IMG/VR virus record: IMGVR_UViG_3300022743_000004
Span: 3,793 to 67,792 of that record
Direction: 5' to 3' (one strand)
Source of the DNA: a virus
DNA: 64,000 bases
Shown here: piece after piece, positions 17,992 to 28,194 of the stretch
Layout: the number at the start of each line of letters is the position of its first letter
Numbering within the stretch: position 1 is the stretch's first letter
Translations under genes and position numbers: made by a program
Notes under the pieces: model-generated
Told to the model about the DNA's origin: nothing
Seen by the model: only the letters and a program-made list of their open reading frames with translations
Databases searched by the model: none

Positions 17992-20082
17992 TTACTTGCT
18001 GTAATTGCTTGCCCAGCCGCCTTCACAGTTCAGCGGGATCGTCATGCACCAGTCCAGTGGCGTGCTCATGCACTCCGTCATGTACTTGAAGCACTTCTCC
18101 GCCTCGCGTGTCTTAGGCAGCGCGACGGCTTCGTCGTGAGTGGTCATAACAAGGCGGTGCTTCTTGCGGATGTTGAGCATCTGCTTGCCTACGATGATCC
18201 GCGCCAGCGCTTGCACGATGTTCTCGCAGAGCAAGCCGCCGTAGATTTTCTTGCGCATGTCGCCGGACTTGTAGGTCCACTCGTCCCAGCCCTTGTCGCC
18301 GACCTGCTTGCGCAGCTCTGGGTACTTCAAGGACATGCCGTTGGGGAGCCATACCATGCCCTTCTCCCAAGAGATAGGGCCGTGGCGACCCGGACGGCCT
18401 GCAGCCATGTCTTCGATGATCCTGGCGCAGATGTCCCAACCCATCTCGATCTTGAAGTTCGCGCGGCGGTAGGTGTCGATGATCTGCTTGCAGCGGTCCA
18501 GCTCGAAGAAAATCGGTGGCCCGCCGAGCGCGCCCTTGGCTAACGTCATCTGCAGCTTTGCAGCGCCCATCTGGAAGCCCAGGCCCAAGACGCAGACCTT
18601 GCCGACGAAGCGTTCGGTCTCGTCTTCCTTGGTGATGGGGCGACCGTAAATCAGCGTAGCGAAGCGGCAGTAGGCGTCAGTACCCTGACCCATATCCGCA
18701 GCTCTGAAGGCGTCCATGAGGTCGTCCTGACCCCACAGCCAGCCATTCACGCGGGCTTCGATCTGGCCGGAGTCCGCCACGCACATCTGATAGCCCTTGG
18801 GGGCCAGGATGGACAAGCGCAGTTCACCACCACGGGTGAGGTTCTGCATGTTCATCTTGTTGTTGCCACCCCAGCGGCCTGTGTGGGCGCGGTAGTAGGC
18901 ATAGCCCACCGGCAAGCTCATGCCGTTGGCACCGGCCTTCAGGAAGCGCTCAGCGCGCGTGATATTGGTGGTGCTCTTCGTGGCCAACCGGGCCTCGACA
19001 AGTGCGCGAATACGATCTTGTTTAGCCGAGATAAGTGGAATGTCTTTCTTCTTATTGGGGTCAAGCGCACCACGCCAGAGGTCGATGTCGTCCGGCAGTG
19101 AGGTAAAGGCCAGGTCATCCTTGGCAAAAGCATACGACCATTTATCAGTTTCATCCTCACGCTCCTCTTTGCTGCGCTTCATCCACGCAGGGCTGATCTT
19201 CACAGGTGGCTCAATACCCTCGGCACGCAGTAAGTCGGCGAACTTCTCGTTGGAGCCGAGGATGCGCTTGATGATCAGCACGTCACGCTCTTCGCCAGTC
19301 AGCGCCCGCTCTGCGCCGGTCTTCAGGATCGTCTTGTCGTTGTAGAACGGTTTGGGGTCTATGACTGCGTAGAACTTGGCCTTGCGCTCAGCGACTTCGC
19401 GCGCGTACTCTTTCTCGACACGAGGGATGTCTACCTTCAGCACGGGGTCGCAGAACATGCGGATCGTCATGTCCACCAAGTCCAGCTCGTCGGCGGGAAA
19501 GACGCTGTGCATCTCTTTGAAGATGGCGTGCGTCAGGTCCACGTCTTGGGCGCAGTACGGTGTCACCGCCTTGATCAGCTTCTCGTCCCAGTGCTCGATG
19601 CCCTTGGTAGTCTCCAGCACGCCGTCGAGTTTGCTGCCCTTGCCGTAGAACTGGGCCACTTCGTCCAGGCCCGCACCGATCTCGTTGCTGTGCAGGCCAC
19701 GGGCCATGGACAACGTGTCGTAATACTGGGACGGGATGATCTTGTAAATGTGCGACAGGATGAAGCCGTCGAACGCTGTGTTGTGGCATAACAGGCTGTG
19801 CGTGGACCAGTTGATGGCGTGCAACGCAGCCATGATGCGCAGCCGCCCGGTGTACACCTTGGTCGGCTTGTTGCCGATCTTGATGCCCACCATTTGGGCT
19901 TTGAACCGTGGGTCGCGCACGTACTCTGACGTGCTGAGCTTGGACAGGGTGTAGTCCGTAGAGTAGTACGACTCAAAGTCAATCGTGACCAGCCTGTTCC
20001 AGTCCACTACACCCGGCGTGATCACCGGGCGGTTGAAGACGATCTCGGCCTTCTTGCGTATCTGTGAGCCCCAACTACTCAT
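17992..20082 (-). CDS. polA: Family A DNA polymerase with 3'-5' exonuclease
   Basis: IDFES, HNTAFD, YCAQD exonuclease motifs; HTGRW, DSGQIEAR (A), RFVGKVCVLGLGF (B), THDE (C). Confidence 0.92.
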   Translation of the reverse strand: MSSWGSQIRKKAEIVFNRPVITPGVVDWNRLVTIDFESYYSTDYTLSKLSTSEYVRDPRFKAQMVGIKIGNKPTKVYTGRLRIMAALHAINWSTHSLLCHNTAFDGFILSHIYKIIPSQYYDTLSMARGLHSNEIGAGLDEVAQFYGKGSKLDGVLETTKGIEHWDEKLIKAVTPYCAQDVDLTHAIFKEMHSVFPADELDLVDMTIRMFCDPVLKVDIPRVEKEYAREVAERKAKFYAVIDPKPFYNDKTILKTGAERALTGEERDVLIIKRILGSNEKFADLLRAEGIEPPVKISPAWMKRSKEEREDETDKWSYAFAKDDLAFTSLPDDIDLWRGALDPNKKKDIPLISAKQDRIRALVEARLATKSTTNITRAERFLKAGANGMSLPVGYAYYRAHTGRWGGNNKMNMQNLTRGGELRLSILAPKGYQMCVADSGQIEARVNGWLWGQDDLMDAFRAADMGQGTDAYCRFATLIYGRPITKEDETERFVGKVCVLGLGFQMGAAKLQMTLAKGALGGPPIFFELDRCKQIIDTYRRANFKIEMGWDICARIIEDMAAGRPGRHGPISWEKGMVWLPNGMSLKYPELRKQVGDKGWDEWTYKSGDMRKKIYGGLLCENIVQALARIIVGKQMLNIRKKHRLVMTTHDEAVALPKTREAEKCFKYMTECMSTPLDWCMTIPLNCEGGWASNYSK

Positions 20083-20467
20083 GCTGCATCCTCGCCCATG
20101 CTTGGTTGATGGATTCCGGGCGGACCTTGCCAGCCAGGGACGTTGCTTTGTCCAGCCCCGCGACGATGGCCGTGGTCTGCGTCGTGTCGTAGCTGTCGGC
20201 CAGCATGACTTGGAGACAAGCGTTCAGTCCACCCTTCAGGATGGACATGTCCGGCCCGGAGAGGCCATCAAACTGACCCGCGTTCAGCACTACCGTCATG
20301 GTCCCGGAAACGCCCGCCAGCAGCTCCGCACAGGCCTCGCCGGTGGTGAGCAGGTAGATGGCGATCTTCTGGTCCCTGATGGCGTTTTTGAGCCTTTCCC
20401 GAGCTACTGCGCGGGCCACGGGGTTCTTGGCTATGTGTTTAGCGACCTTGGCCATAGGCACTCTCAT
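20075..20467 (-). CDS. Hypothetical protein
   Basis: Operon position. Confidence 0.6.
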   Translation of the reverse strand: MRVPMAKVAKHIAKNPVARAVARERLKNAIRDQKIAIYLLTTGEACAELLAGVSGTMTVVLNAGQFDGLSGPDMSILKGGLNACLQVMLADSYDTTQTTAIVAGLDKATSLAGKVRPESINQAWARMQHE

Positions 20468-20626
20468 GCCTGGTCAAGTGCTTTGAGGCCGAGAACGCGA
20501 AGGTCTTCGACGAACCCTGGCACGTCGAAGTCCCAGTCGTTCACCTTGACCAACACGACCTGTTTACGGCCCTCGTAGAAGGCGATGTGGTCGCCCTGGA
20601 TCATCACGAGTTTCATACGATCTTTC

Positions 20627-22168
20627 TTAGAGAGTAGAAAACAAGTCCAACAAGCTGTCCATGCGGGCGTTCTTGTCGGACAGTATCTTGTAGACCTTCT
20701 CCTCCACCGTGTCCTGCGCGGTCACGATGATGGTCTCGGTCTTTTTGGTCTGCCCCATGCGGTGCTGACGCTTGGAGCCTTGCTTGAACAGCTCCAGGTC
20801 GTACGTCGGCGACGGCCAGATAGTGGTCGTGCCTTTGGTCAGGGTCAGACCGTGGGCAGCGCTCTTGGGGTGCGCAAACAGAGTCTGGTACATGCCGCGC
20901 TGGTAGCGTGCCACGATGTCGTCACGCTCAGACTCTTTGGTGCTGCCGTCGATCACTGCAAACGTGATGCCACGTTTATCAGCCTCAGCGCATAGCATGT
21001 CGCGCTGGTGCTTCCAATAGAAGAAGCAGAGGCTGTGTTGGCGCTCTTCGACCAGGTCCAGGATCATCTCGTAGCGCCCGTAGTCCAGAACGTGGTACTT
21101 GTCGGGCGACTCGTACACCGCGCCGGACGCGATTTGCAAGAGCTTCTGTGCCAGCACACCTGCGTGCATGGCGGTGACCACCTTGGGGGCAATCTTCGCC
21201 TTGGCCTTCAGCTCAGCCACAGTCGTCGCGCGCATACGGGCCAGTGCTTGTTCTTCCACGGTGCCGTGAATCTCAAGCATGCACTTCTCCATCATCTCGT
21301 CGTACGCCTTGCGGTGCTTGGGCAGCAGCTCGTAAGGGACGGGGTACGTGTGGTTGGCCGGGATGTCCACACAGTCTTCAAACTTGTGGCGGATCACGAT
21401 GTCGCTGAGCAAGCCGAACACAGCTTCCTCAGCACCAACCTTGTCAGTCCATTGGATGGCATGCTCGTTGCGGCCCACTTGCTTGGCCTCGCACACAGAG
21501 TTGCGGAAGGCAAAGAACGACGGGCCGAGGCGCTTGCCGCCATCCAGGAGGTAAATCTGGTGCCAGATGTCGGTGATGCTGCGCCCATTAGGTGTGCCGG
21601 TCATGCAGCAGCGGTACTGGAAAAATTTGCTGACCTTGGCTGCAGCACGCGAGCGCTGAGAAGAGTGGTGCTTATATGCAGTGGATTCGTCGATAACCAG
21701 CTCACTGAAACGCTCGAAGAACTTCTTGTTCTGTTTAGCGAGCCACTTCACCGCGTCGATGTTGGTGACGTAAACGTCAGCCTTTTCCGCGAAGACGGCC
21801 TCGTGCTTTCCGGCGGTGCTTACTGCTACGTTCAGGCTCGGGGCGAACTTCTTGATGTCGTTTAGCCACACACTTCGCAGCAAACTCTTCGGGGCTAAGA
21901 CTAGCAATGCGCCACGCGAACTGGAAGCTGTCGAGGAAGTCGTCGAGGCTGCTCGGCGGCCAAGGCGACTTTTGAACGCCATGATCCGCACAAAGGTCTT
22001 GCCCGTGCCGGGGTCCGAGCAGTCGTAGACTATCTCGGTTTTCTCGTTGTGCTTGAGCGACTTGACCTGATGCGCGAAGGGCTTGATTGCGACGGGCGCT
22101 GACTTGGATTGCTTGCTCTGTTTCGAGGTGCCGCGCAATCTGGATGGGGGTTCGACGGTGTATGCCAT
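20627..22168 (-). CDS. SNF2-family helicase (start uncertain)
   Basis: PFAHQ, DPGTGKT, IDES, TGTP, HGLTL, RQHRMGQ. Confidence 0.92.
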   Translation of the reverse strand: MAYTVEPPSRLRGTSKQSKQSKSAPVAIKPFAHQVKSLKHNEKTEIVYDCSDPGTGKTFVRIMAFKSRLGRRAASTTSSTASSSRGALLVLAPKSLLRSVWLNDIKKFAPSLNVAVSTAGKHEAVFAEKADVYVTNIDAVKWLAKQNKKFFERFSELVIDESTAYKHHSSQRSRAAAKVSKFFQYRCCMTGTPNGRSITDIWHQIYLLDGGKRLGPSFFAFRNSVCEAKQVGRNEHAIQWTDKVGAEEAVFGLLSDIVIRHKFEDCVDIPANHTYPVPYELLPKHRKAYDEMMEKCMLEIHGTVEEQALARMRATTVAELKAKAKIAPKVVTAMHAGVLAQKLLQIASGAVYESPDKYHVLDYGRYEMILDLVEERQHSLCFFYWKHQRDMLCAEADKRGITFAVIDGSTKESERDDIVARYQRGMYQTLFAHPKSAAHGLTLTKGTTTIWPSPTYDLELFKQGSKRQHRMGQTKKTETIIVTAQDTVEEKVYKILSDKNARMDSLLDLFSTL

Positions 22169-22259
22169 TAACACGTTCCAAAAATTGAGTACGGAGAATT
22201 TGGGTATCCCACTTTTTGAGCAAGTGGCGCTCTTGTTGTCGCCGCTGAGATGCGTTCAT

Positions 22260-22961
22260 CTAGACTCCTACAGTGCAGTGCTCAGTGTTCTTGTATGGGC
22301 ACCACTGGCACGAATACTTGTTTGGGTTCGGTGGGAACACTTCGCATGACGTGGCCAAGATGCCACGCTTGTCGAAGCCTTGGCGGAAGCGAAGACCCTG
22401 CTGGCGTGTGAAGGTCTGTGAGGTCACTTCGTTTTGGTCGAGGTACCACAGCTCAGCGGTAACTTTTTCCAGCTTGGGGTAGCGCAAGAACGCGCACAGT
22501 TGGTAAAGCTGAAGCTGTTCAGCGTGGGAAATTTCGTTACCCCGCTTCTTGCCGGTCTTGTAGTCGATCACGATGGCGTGCGTCGGGTCGATCATCACCA
22601 TCACGTCGAGCTTCAGGCGCAGCCACGCCTTCTTCCACTCAGTGGGCTCCCAGTCCTTGTCATGACCCCACTCGCCTTCCATGCTGACGATGCCGTCTTG
22701 GTACATCGTGCGCAGGAGGTCAATCTGAGGGCCGAAGAACTTGTCGGCTTCAGGGCAGAGAGCGTCATGATCGCCACGCACATAGCCCTCGCAGTTGTCA
22801 TGGACACGGGTGCCACGGTCATTGGCGAACTCAGTCTGACCAGGACGCAAGACCCGCTCAGGCTCGGGAATCTTGTGGAGGTGCTTCAATGCAAACAGGT
22901 GCTTGCATTTGTCATAGTCCTTGAGCTTGGAGTGAGACCAGCTCGGTACAGTGGTATTCAT
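22260..22961 (-). CDS. PD-(D/E)XK exonuclease (Cas4/RecB-like)
   Basis: WSHS, RGT.VH, KLD, IDYKTGK, QL.LY, C.WCPY....C. Confidence 0.85.
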   Translation of the reverse strand: MNTTVPSWSHSKLKDYDKCKHLFALKHLHKIPEPERVLRPGQTEFANDRGTRVHDNCEGYVRGDHDALCPEADKFFGPQIDLLRTMYQDGIVSMEGEWGHDKDWEPTEWKKAWLRLKLDVMVMIDPTHAIVIDYKTGKKRGNEISHAEQLQLYQLCAFLRYPKLEKVTAELWYLDQNEVTSQTFTRQQGLRFRQGFDKRGILATSCEVFPPNPNKYSCQWCPYKNTEHCTVGV

Positions 22962-23446
22962 ATAGGGGCCGTAGGGTGGTGAATGCGTTTAGCCGCGAGG
23001 TACGCCTCATGGGCAGCGGCTGGTGAATTGAAGCGCCCGAGGAAGTAATGTTTCCGCTGCGCAACGATCTGTGCCACCCATTTGCATGTGCGGGCTTCGA
23101 AGCTGACACCCTGGTAGCCAGTCGAATTACGACTCGGGATGCCACGGTTATGCTGGTTCATTGAGGGTGTCGCATCGCGGAGATTTGCGATGCGGTTGTT
23201 CAGCTTGTTCTGGTCGATGTGGTCGATTTCGTGCTCGGGCCATACCCCAAACACATAGAACCAAGCGAGGCGGTGGGCAAGGTACTTTTTACGGTCTATA
23301 CCAACACAGTAGTAGCCGTCAGGCCTGGCATACCCCACTACATTCCCACGAACAGCGGTGGCTTTGCGGCGCTTGAACACGCCGGTCTTTGGGTCGTAGT
23401 CTAGGACAGAAGTAAGGCGTTCGTGCGTTAAAATCTGCTTGCTCAT
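22958..23446 (-). CDS. HNH endonuclease with AP2 domain
   Basis: AHRLAW, IDHID.NKLNNRIANLR, GY.GV..W.A.I..LG.F. Confidence 0.9.
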   Translation of the reverse strand: MSKQILTHERLTSVLDYDPKTGVFKRRKATAVRGNVVGYARPDGYYCVGIDRKKYLAHRLAWFYVFGVWPEHEIDHIDQNKLNNRIANLRDATPSMNQHNRGIPSRNSTGYQGVSFEARTCKWVAQIVAQRKHYFLGRFNSPAAAHEAYLAAKRIHHPTAPI

Positions 23447-23532
23447 GGCGCTTGTTCCCTCTTACAAGTGTTGTGTGAAGTGATGCTCGGGGGCTGGAAC
23501 CTCCCGAGCATTGCGCCATTCTAACTTAGAAC

Positions 23533-24648
23533 TTAGATTCTGATCCGCACCGTTTCGCCGAAAGGCGCTTCCACGGTTGTGGTCATGCACCACAGGACAG
23601 GGAAGTCAGGCTCTGTCGCAGGGAACGGGGTGTAACCGTCCGTCAGCACGATCAGTGCAGCGGGCTTGATGTCGTGCTGTGCGAGCCAGTTGAATATCTC
23701 ACGCAGGTCAGTGCCGCCGCCGCCGTGGCCGACGAACGGAGGCAGCTCGCCGTCACCGTCAATCTCGTCCACATGCGCGACCTTAGAGTCGCAGTAGATG
23801 TTGTACATCCGCTCAGGGTGGCCGGAGTTAAATGCAGCAGTGATCTCGGCACCGAACGCTGACAACGTAGGGCCGTCAATGGAGCCAGAAGTGTCGATGC
23901 CCGCAGCAAGGACGCCCATGCTCTCGCTGTGCAGTGAGGGCATGCAGAAGCCGTGCCCCGTCATACGCTTGCTGGGCTTGGCCCATGAGTAGTCGTTGCG
24001 GCTGGTCTGCGACACAAAGCGCTGCAAGACAGACTGCCAAGGCACCTGGGGCTGCTCCAGTTCCTCGATGAAGCGCTTCATGCCCTTGGGCAGCTTGCCG
24101 TACATCTTTGCTGCTTGGATAGCAGCCTGCACGTTTACTTCCCAGTCCAGAGCCGCTTCAATCGCTTCGCCAGCAGACGTAGCGCCGTCCTGCACGTCGT
24201 CGAACAGTTCAAGGTCCTCGACGTCCTCGGGCTTGAGCAGATCGTAGATGTGCTCAGCAGACATGTCGCGGTACTTCTCGTCGATCAGCCACGAGGGGCC
24301 GAGCTGAAAGCCGGAGTCCTTGAGGACCAGGTTCACCGCGTAGTCCGCAGCCGCGTTGAACCGGCGCGGGTCGCGTCCGTTACGGCGCAGCATGTGCTCC
24401 AGCACACAGTGCATGATCTCGTGGACAAACGCCGACTGCGTGAGCTTTGGCGTCAGCGTAAGGATGAAGTCGGGGTTGTAAACGATGTACTTACCGTCCA
24501 CCGCCAGAGTGGGGATGGTCTTGTCTTCTTCGAGCTTCAGGTTCATCGCCAGCCGCCCGAAGAAGTAGTGGTCAAGCAGTAGATGAATCCGTGCAGCAAT
24601 CAGTTGGTCCAGAGCTTTCTTGTTCGTCGTCGTCGTCGTCATCTTCAT
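23533..24648 (-). CDS. DUF2201-type metallopeptidase-vWA protein
   Basis: HEIMH, N.AAD.AVN, DTSGS MIDAS, GGGGTD, LTDG. Confidence 0.88.
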   Translation of the reverse strand: MKMTTTTTNKKALDQLIAARIHLLLDHYFFGRLAMNLKLEEDKTIPTLAVDGKYIVYNPDFILTLTPKLTQSAFVHEIMHCVLEHMLRRNGRDPRRFNAAADYAVNLVLKDSGFQLGPSWLIDEKYRDMSAEHIYDLLKPEDVEDLELFDDVQDGATSAGEAIEAALDWEVNVQAAIQAAKMYGKLPKGMKRFIEELEQPQVPWQSVLQRFVSQTSRNDYSWAKPSKRMTGHGFCMPSLHSESMGVLAAGIDTSGSIDGPTLSAFGAEITAAFNSGHPERMYNIYCDSKVAHVDEIDGDGELPPFVGHGGGGTDLREIFNWLAQHDIKPAALIVLTDGYTPFPATEPDFPVLWCMTTTVEAPFGETVRIRI

Positions 24649-25267
24649 ATTCCTTTAGTTCGTCACCTAACATCTCGCTGGCGATAAGTGTTTCGAGCAC
24701 CTGCTCGTCGTCACTCAACCAGTAGTTTTCTGTCTCAAGAGTGCGGTATAGACCGTCGCAGAGCTCCTTGACGTGCTTCATGGTGTGGTTCACAAGCGCA
24801 CCCCACTCAGCTTCAGCTTCCGCGATCAGCGACTCCCGCGCGAGGTAGCGCAGCCTGTCTTCAGTTGGGCTGTAGTTGTTCTCTGGTTCAAACGAGTCAG
24901 AGAACACCAGCGTGTTGGAATGGCTGTAGTTGCCTCTGGATTCCCAGCTCAGCTTCATACCACCCTCTTCGCGCAGGCTGAGAAGTGCAGGGTACTTCTC
25001 CAAGACCTTGGCCCACCCCCATACATAACCATCGAAGCAGGCACCGTCGCCCTGGCTACTGAAGCCAGAGAACCAGATACATTGGCGCTCGCCACGACCA
25101 CTGGTACTGTTCACCATGTAGCCGTGTTCGTTGATGTCTACAGCGAAACGGTCATAAATGTCTTGCCACCAACTGCCGTCGAAGTTCAGCTCGTAGCGGT
25201 ACTTGTCGAGAATTTTCTGTTGGTCGCTGCTGCATAGTGCAGCCCAGCGTTCACGTATTTTGTCCAC
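24572..25267 (-). CDS. Conserved hypothetical protein
   Basis: IWFSGFSSQGDGACF motif recalled from phage proteins; acidic tail. Confidence 0.65.
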   Translation of the reverse strand: MDKIRERWAALCSSDQQKILDKYRYELNFDGSWWQDIYDRFAVDINEHGYMVNSTSGRGERQCIWFSGFSSQGDGACFDGYVWGWAKVLEKYPALLSLREEGGMKLSWESRGNYSHSNTLVFSDSFEPENNYSPTEDRLRYLARESLIAEAEAEWGALVNHTMKHVKELCDGLYRTLETENYWLSDDEQVLETLIASEMLGDELKEYEDDDDDDEQESSGPTDCCTDSSTA

Positions 25268-25505
25268 GGAGTCTCCTTACAGCGTATTGGTCGAGGATGC
25301 AGTCATGGCACTCTTGCTGGGTGTCAAAGTAGTGTTCTCTCGGTACGCCAGTTTTCGTGCCGCGAAGCGAATAAATCACAACACTCCACGGCTTTGGAGC
25401 CGTCACTGAGAGCCGCGAATGAGCCATGACCGACGCATAAGGGTGTCCGCCAAGCCGGTACACACCGCCTGCGTCGATACCGTACGATTCATACACGAGC
25501 GCCAC
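25251..25505 (-). CDS. Small protein with C-terminal RLRG motif
   Basis: Ends QYAVRRLRGQNT; AAGGAGG before GTG. Confidence 0.65.
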   Translation of the reverse strand: MALVYESYGIDAGGVYRLGGHPYASVMAHSRLSVTAPKPWSVVIYSLRGTKTGVPREHYFDTQQECHDCILDQYAVRRLRGQNT

Positions 25506-25734
25506 GAAGCCTCCTTAGTGCGAACTGATCCATCACCCACTGCCTGCCTTCATCCATGGTCGCGGTGTCTTTGAAAAAGTTCTTACGGCCAATCTGGTCC
25601 ATCACCCACGCTTGAAACTTGTCGCCGTTTAGCGTTCGGTTCACCTGCGCGACGCAGATACCTCGCTCGTCGTAGAGGTACGCAGCCACGTTCTCTGGCA
25701 GCGTCCTCCAGCTAAAACCTTCTAGGCCGGACAT
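25489..25734 (-). CDS. Small protein with C-terminal RLRG motif
   Basis: Ends QFALRRLRGARV. Confidence 0.65.
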   Translation of the reverse strand: MSGLEGFSWRTLPENVAAYLYDERGICVAQVNRTLNGDKFQAWVMDQIGRKNFFKDTATMDEGRQWVMDQFALRRLRGARV

Positions 25735-26552
25735 AGCTGCAAGATCGCTTCGGCTTCGCTGCGCACCTTGGCACGCAGCGCTGCACTTTTGCGGAGACGG
25801 TCGGGGTCCACAATGAGTCCGTTCACGATGCGTTCGCAGACCCGTTCCATGTCAGCATCCTGGTTGATGTTGAGTCCGGGGAGTATTCGCACCAGGTCTT
25901 CCAGATTCCCCGTGAGCGAATCAAAAATACGCGCTTTTGGGGCTGAGAGACAGCTTGATACTCTCCCCACGCACTCCCGGATACGCTCCCAAGCCGAACG
26001 TAACGCTGCAGCTTGCCGCTTAGCCACTCGGTCAGATATATCGCTAGCGATGCGGGCGCGTTCTGCATCACCGACGTCCACACGAAAGTCGGCCCCGTCG
26101 GGCACCGGCATGATGTCCATCTCCACGTCGAACTTCCCATACAGCTCAGAAGCGTCAGGGTAGTCGTCGGGCTGGAACATCGTGCCGAGCCGCTGACGGG
26201 CCTCCTGTACGAGCGTGGGGTAGGTCTGCACGAACGTGCTGACGCGGTTAGCGTACTCTTGCTTCATGGCGCGCAGCTCAGCGCTGTACTCCATGAACAG
26301 CTTGGATGGCAGCAAGCGTGCGCCGTTGTCCATCCAAGGCAGGGTCATCTTGTAGTGGTACGCACGAATGTGGCTGGCGTACGTGGTGAGCGGGTCCAGG
26401 TGGGCCTTACCCACCAGGTCCTTGTTGTACCGGCCTGCGTCTTTGGCGTTGTGCGACGCCTCCACTTCAGCGGAGACGCGCTTGTCTTGCTTGCGCGCTG
26501 TCCAGCAGGACACAGACAGCGTGATCAGCATTGCTTTGTTCTGGATACTCAT
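25722..26552 (-). CDS. DUF3150-like helical protein of the AAA/vWA module
   Basis: W...K.D, TLPW.D.GARLLP, F...DYP, LN...D pattern; lies between the MoxR and vWA genes. Confidence 0.6.
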   Translation of the reverse strand: MSIQNKAMLITLSVSCWTARKQDKRVSAEVEASHNAKDAGRYNKDLVGKAHLDPLTTYASHIRAYHYKMTLPWMDNGARLLPSKLFMEYSAELRAMKQEYANRVSTFVQTYPTLVQEARQRLGTMFQPDDYPDASELYGKFDVEMDIMPVPDGADFRVDVGDAERARIASDISDRVAKRQAAALRSAWERIRECVGRVSSCLSAPKARIFDSLTGNLEDLVRILPGLNINQDADMERVCERIVNGLIVDPDRLRKSAALRAKVRSEAEAILQLCPA

Positions 26553-26767
26553 TTGAAGGTTCCTCGTATGCGCGCCAGAGCGACTGCGTTCACAGTCCAC
26601 TCCATGCGCGCCACACTGATACGGTTTCCGCTGGATACCGCTGCCTTGTAATGGAGGTGGTAGCTGTTGTACCCCGCGTTGTAGTTCTTGCGGTACATCA
26701 GCAGTTGCCAAGCCTCCATGTCCTCCGGCTTGATCCAGTCGTCAGACGAGCAGTGTGCGGTTTTCAC
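26549..26767 (-). CDS. Small protein with C-terminal RIRG motif
   Basis: Fills the gap after the AAA gene; ends AVALARIRGTFK; start uncertain. Confidence 0.5.
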   Translation of the reverse strand: MKTAHCSSDDWIKPEDMEAWQLLMYRKNYNAGYNSYHLHYKAAVSSGNRISVARMEWTVNAVALARIRGTFK

Positions 26768-27755
26768 GGAGCCACTGCGTGAAGGTCTTGGTCTCGCTGA
26801 TCTCGGGGTCGCGGCGATCAGCAGCAGTGACGAACACGACCTCGAAGTCCTTGCCCATACGTGACACGTACTTCAGCACGTTGGCAAAGTTCTCCTTGGT
26901 CACGCGCGGCTCCAAGCCAGCCAGGATGGCGTAGCGTGTAGACGGGCTATCAGGCATGTTCACTTCGTCTGGGTGCGTGAGCACGCGATCCAGGTCAGGC
27001 ATGTTCATGCGGTTGCGTGCGAAGCCTGCCAGCTTGGTCGCCATGCCTTCACCAATGGTGCCCTGCAAAATGGGTAGCATGACCTCGGTTTTGAGGTTGC
27101 TGTTGATCACCGTGTCGGCGAAGGCCCACGTACGTGGCGTGTGGAACGCACGGACGCCCGATTCAATCTTGTCCGCCACGAGGTCACCGGGTTGCATGCG
27201 GATGTAGCCACGGGTGGTGTCGCTGATGGCGTTCTTGATAGCCCAGTCAATCCAGTCTTCGTGGTCCACCGTGAACTCCAGGTGGGTGAATCGGTTGGAC
27301 AGGGCGGCAGGCATAGCGTGTACAACGCTACGGTCAGTAGCGCGATTGCCTGCGGCCAGCACGGTCCATCCTGGGGGTAGCTCATAGTCACCAATCTTGC
27401 GGTCAAGGATCAGTTGATAGGCACCAGCCTGCACGGAAGCAGGAGCAGCGTTGATCTCGTCCAGGAACAGCACACCAAAGCCCGAGGTGGGCAGGCTCTT
27501 CATGGGGAAGAAGGCCATGGTGTTGTCTTTGGAGTCGGGCATGGGGAAGCCCTTGAGGTCAGTCGGGTCACAGTTGGATAGCCGAATGTCAGACAAGCCA
27601 AAGTGCTTTTTCTTGTCTTTGATCTTGGAGTTGATGCTGTCAACAGCAGCACGTACCACGTCGGACTTGCCGACGCCGGGAGGACCCCAGATCATGGTGG
27701 GCCGTTGTTGGCCAACGAGGTATTCGAGAGCTTGGATCAGGAGAGAAGGCTTCAT
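26742..27755 (-). CDS. MoxR-like AAA+ ATPase
   Basis: GPPGVGKS, LFLDE, AAGN, NRF, TPRTW. Confidence 0.92.
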   Translation of the reverse strand: MKPSLLIQALEYLVGQQRPTMIWGPPGVGKSDVVRAAVDSINSKIKDKKKHFGLSDIRLSNCDPTDLKGFPMPDSKDNTMAFFPMKSLPTSGFGVLFLDEINAAPASVQAGAYQLILDRKIGDYELPPGWTVLAAGNRATDRSVVHAMPAALSNRFTHLEFTVDHEDWIDWAIKNAISDTTRGYIRMQPGDLVADKIESGVRAFHTPRTWAFADTVINSNLKTEVMLPILQGTIGEGMATKLAGFARNRMNMPDLDRVLTHPDEVNMPDSPSTRYAILAGLEPRVTKENFANVLKYVSRMGKDFEVVFVTAADRRDPEISETKTFTQWLRENRTLLV

Positions 27756-27777
27756 GTGTTCCACCTAGAAGTTAGAG

Positions 27778-27978
27778 TTAAGAGACCGAGTAGCGACGAG
27801 GCCAAAGCGGCAAAATAATGCGCTTGGCTCCGAAGAGTTGCAGATGCGAGAGCGTGAGCATCACGTTGCCTGGGGCAACGAAGGTGTCACGGATGTGGTA
27901 ATGGGGCACGTACGTGAGGCCGAGCATGACGTACGCAACTTGAGGTTCTACCTCTTGCGGTACGTGATAACTAGCCAC
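27778..27978 (-). CDS. Hypothetical protein
   Basis: Operon position. Confidence 0.4.
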   Translation of the reverse strand: MASYHVPQEVEPQVAYVMLGLTYVPHYHIRDTFVAPGNVMLTLSHLQLFGAKRIILPLWPRRYSVS

Positions 27979-28194
27979 GGTAGCTGTGGTGATCGGGGCC
28001 GCACGTCACACAGTAGGTGGTCGCGTTGTCGGCCTTGTTGAGTTCATCGCGGCGCAGCTTGGCAGCGGGCTTGGAGGGGAAGAACTCACCGGCGAGGATG
28101 CGTCCTGTGGAGATGTCGCGCAGGGCGAAGAGACGAAGTTTCATAGGGTTCCGCTTCTGTGAAGGCTGTGGATCGAAGTTAGATTGTAGACGAA

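Noticed and set aside
22260-22961. CRISPR-Cas locus suggested by the Cas4-like nuclease
   Set aside because: No repeat-spacer array or other cas genes; stand-alone phage exonuclease
25251-25734. RLRG as a pure by-product of overlapping Shine-Dalgarno and start codons
   Set aside because: It may contribute (AGGAGG encodes RR, AGAGGA encodes RG), but the Shine-Dalgarno falls at different positions of the motif in different genes, codons vary, and many other coupled genes lack the motif
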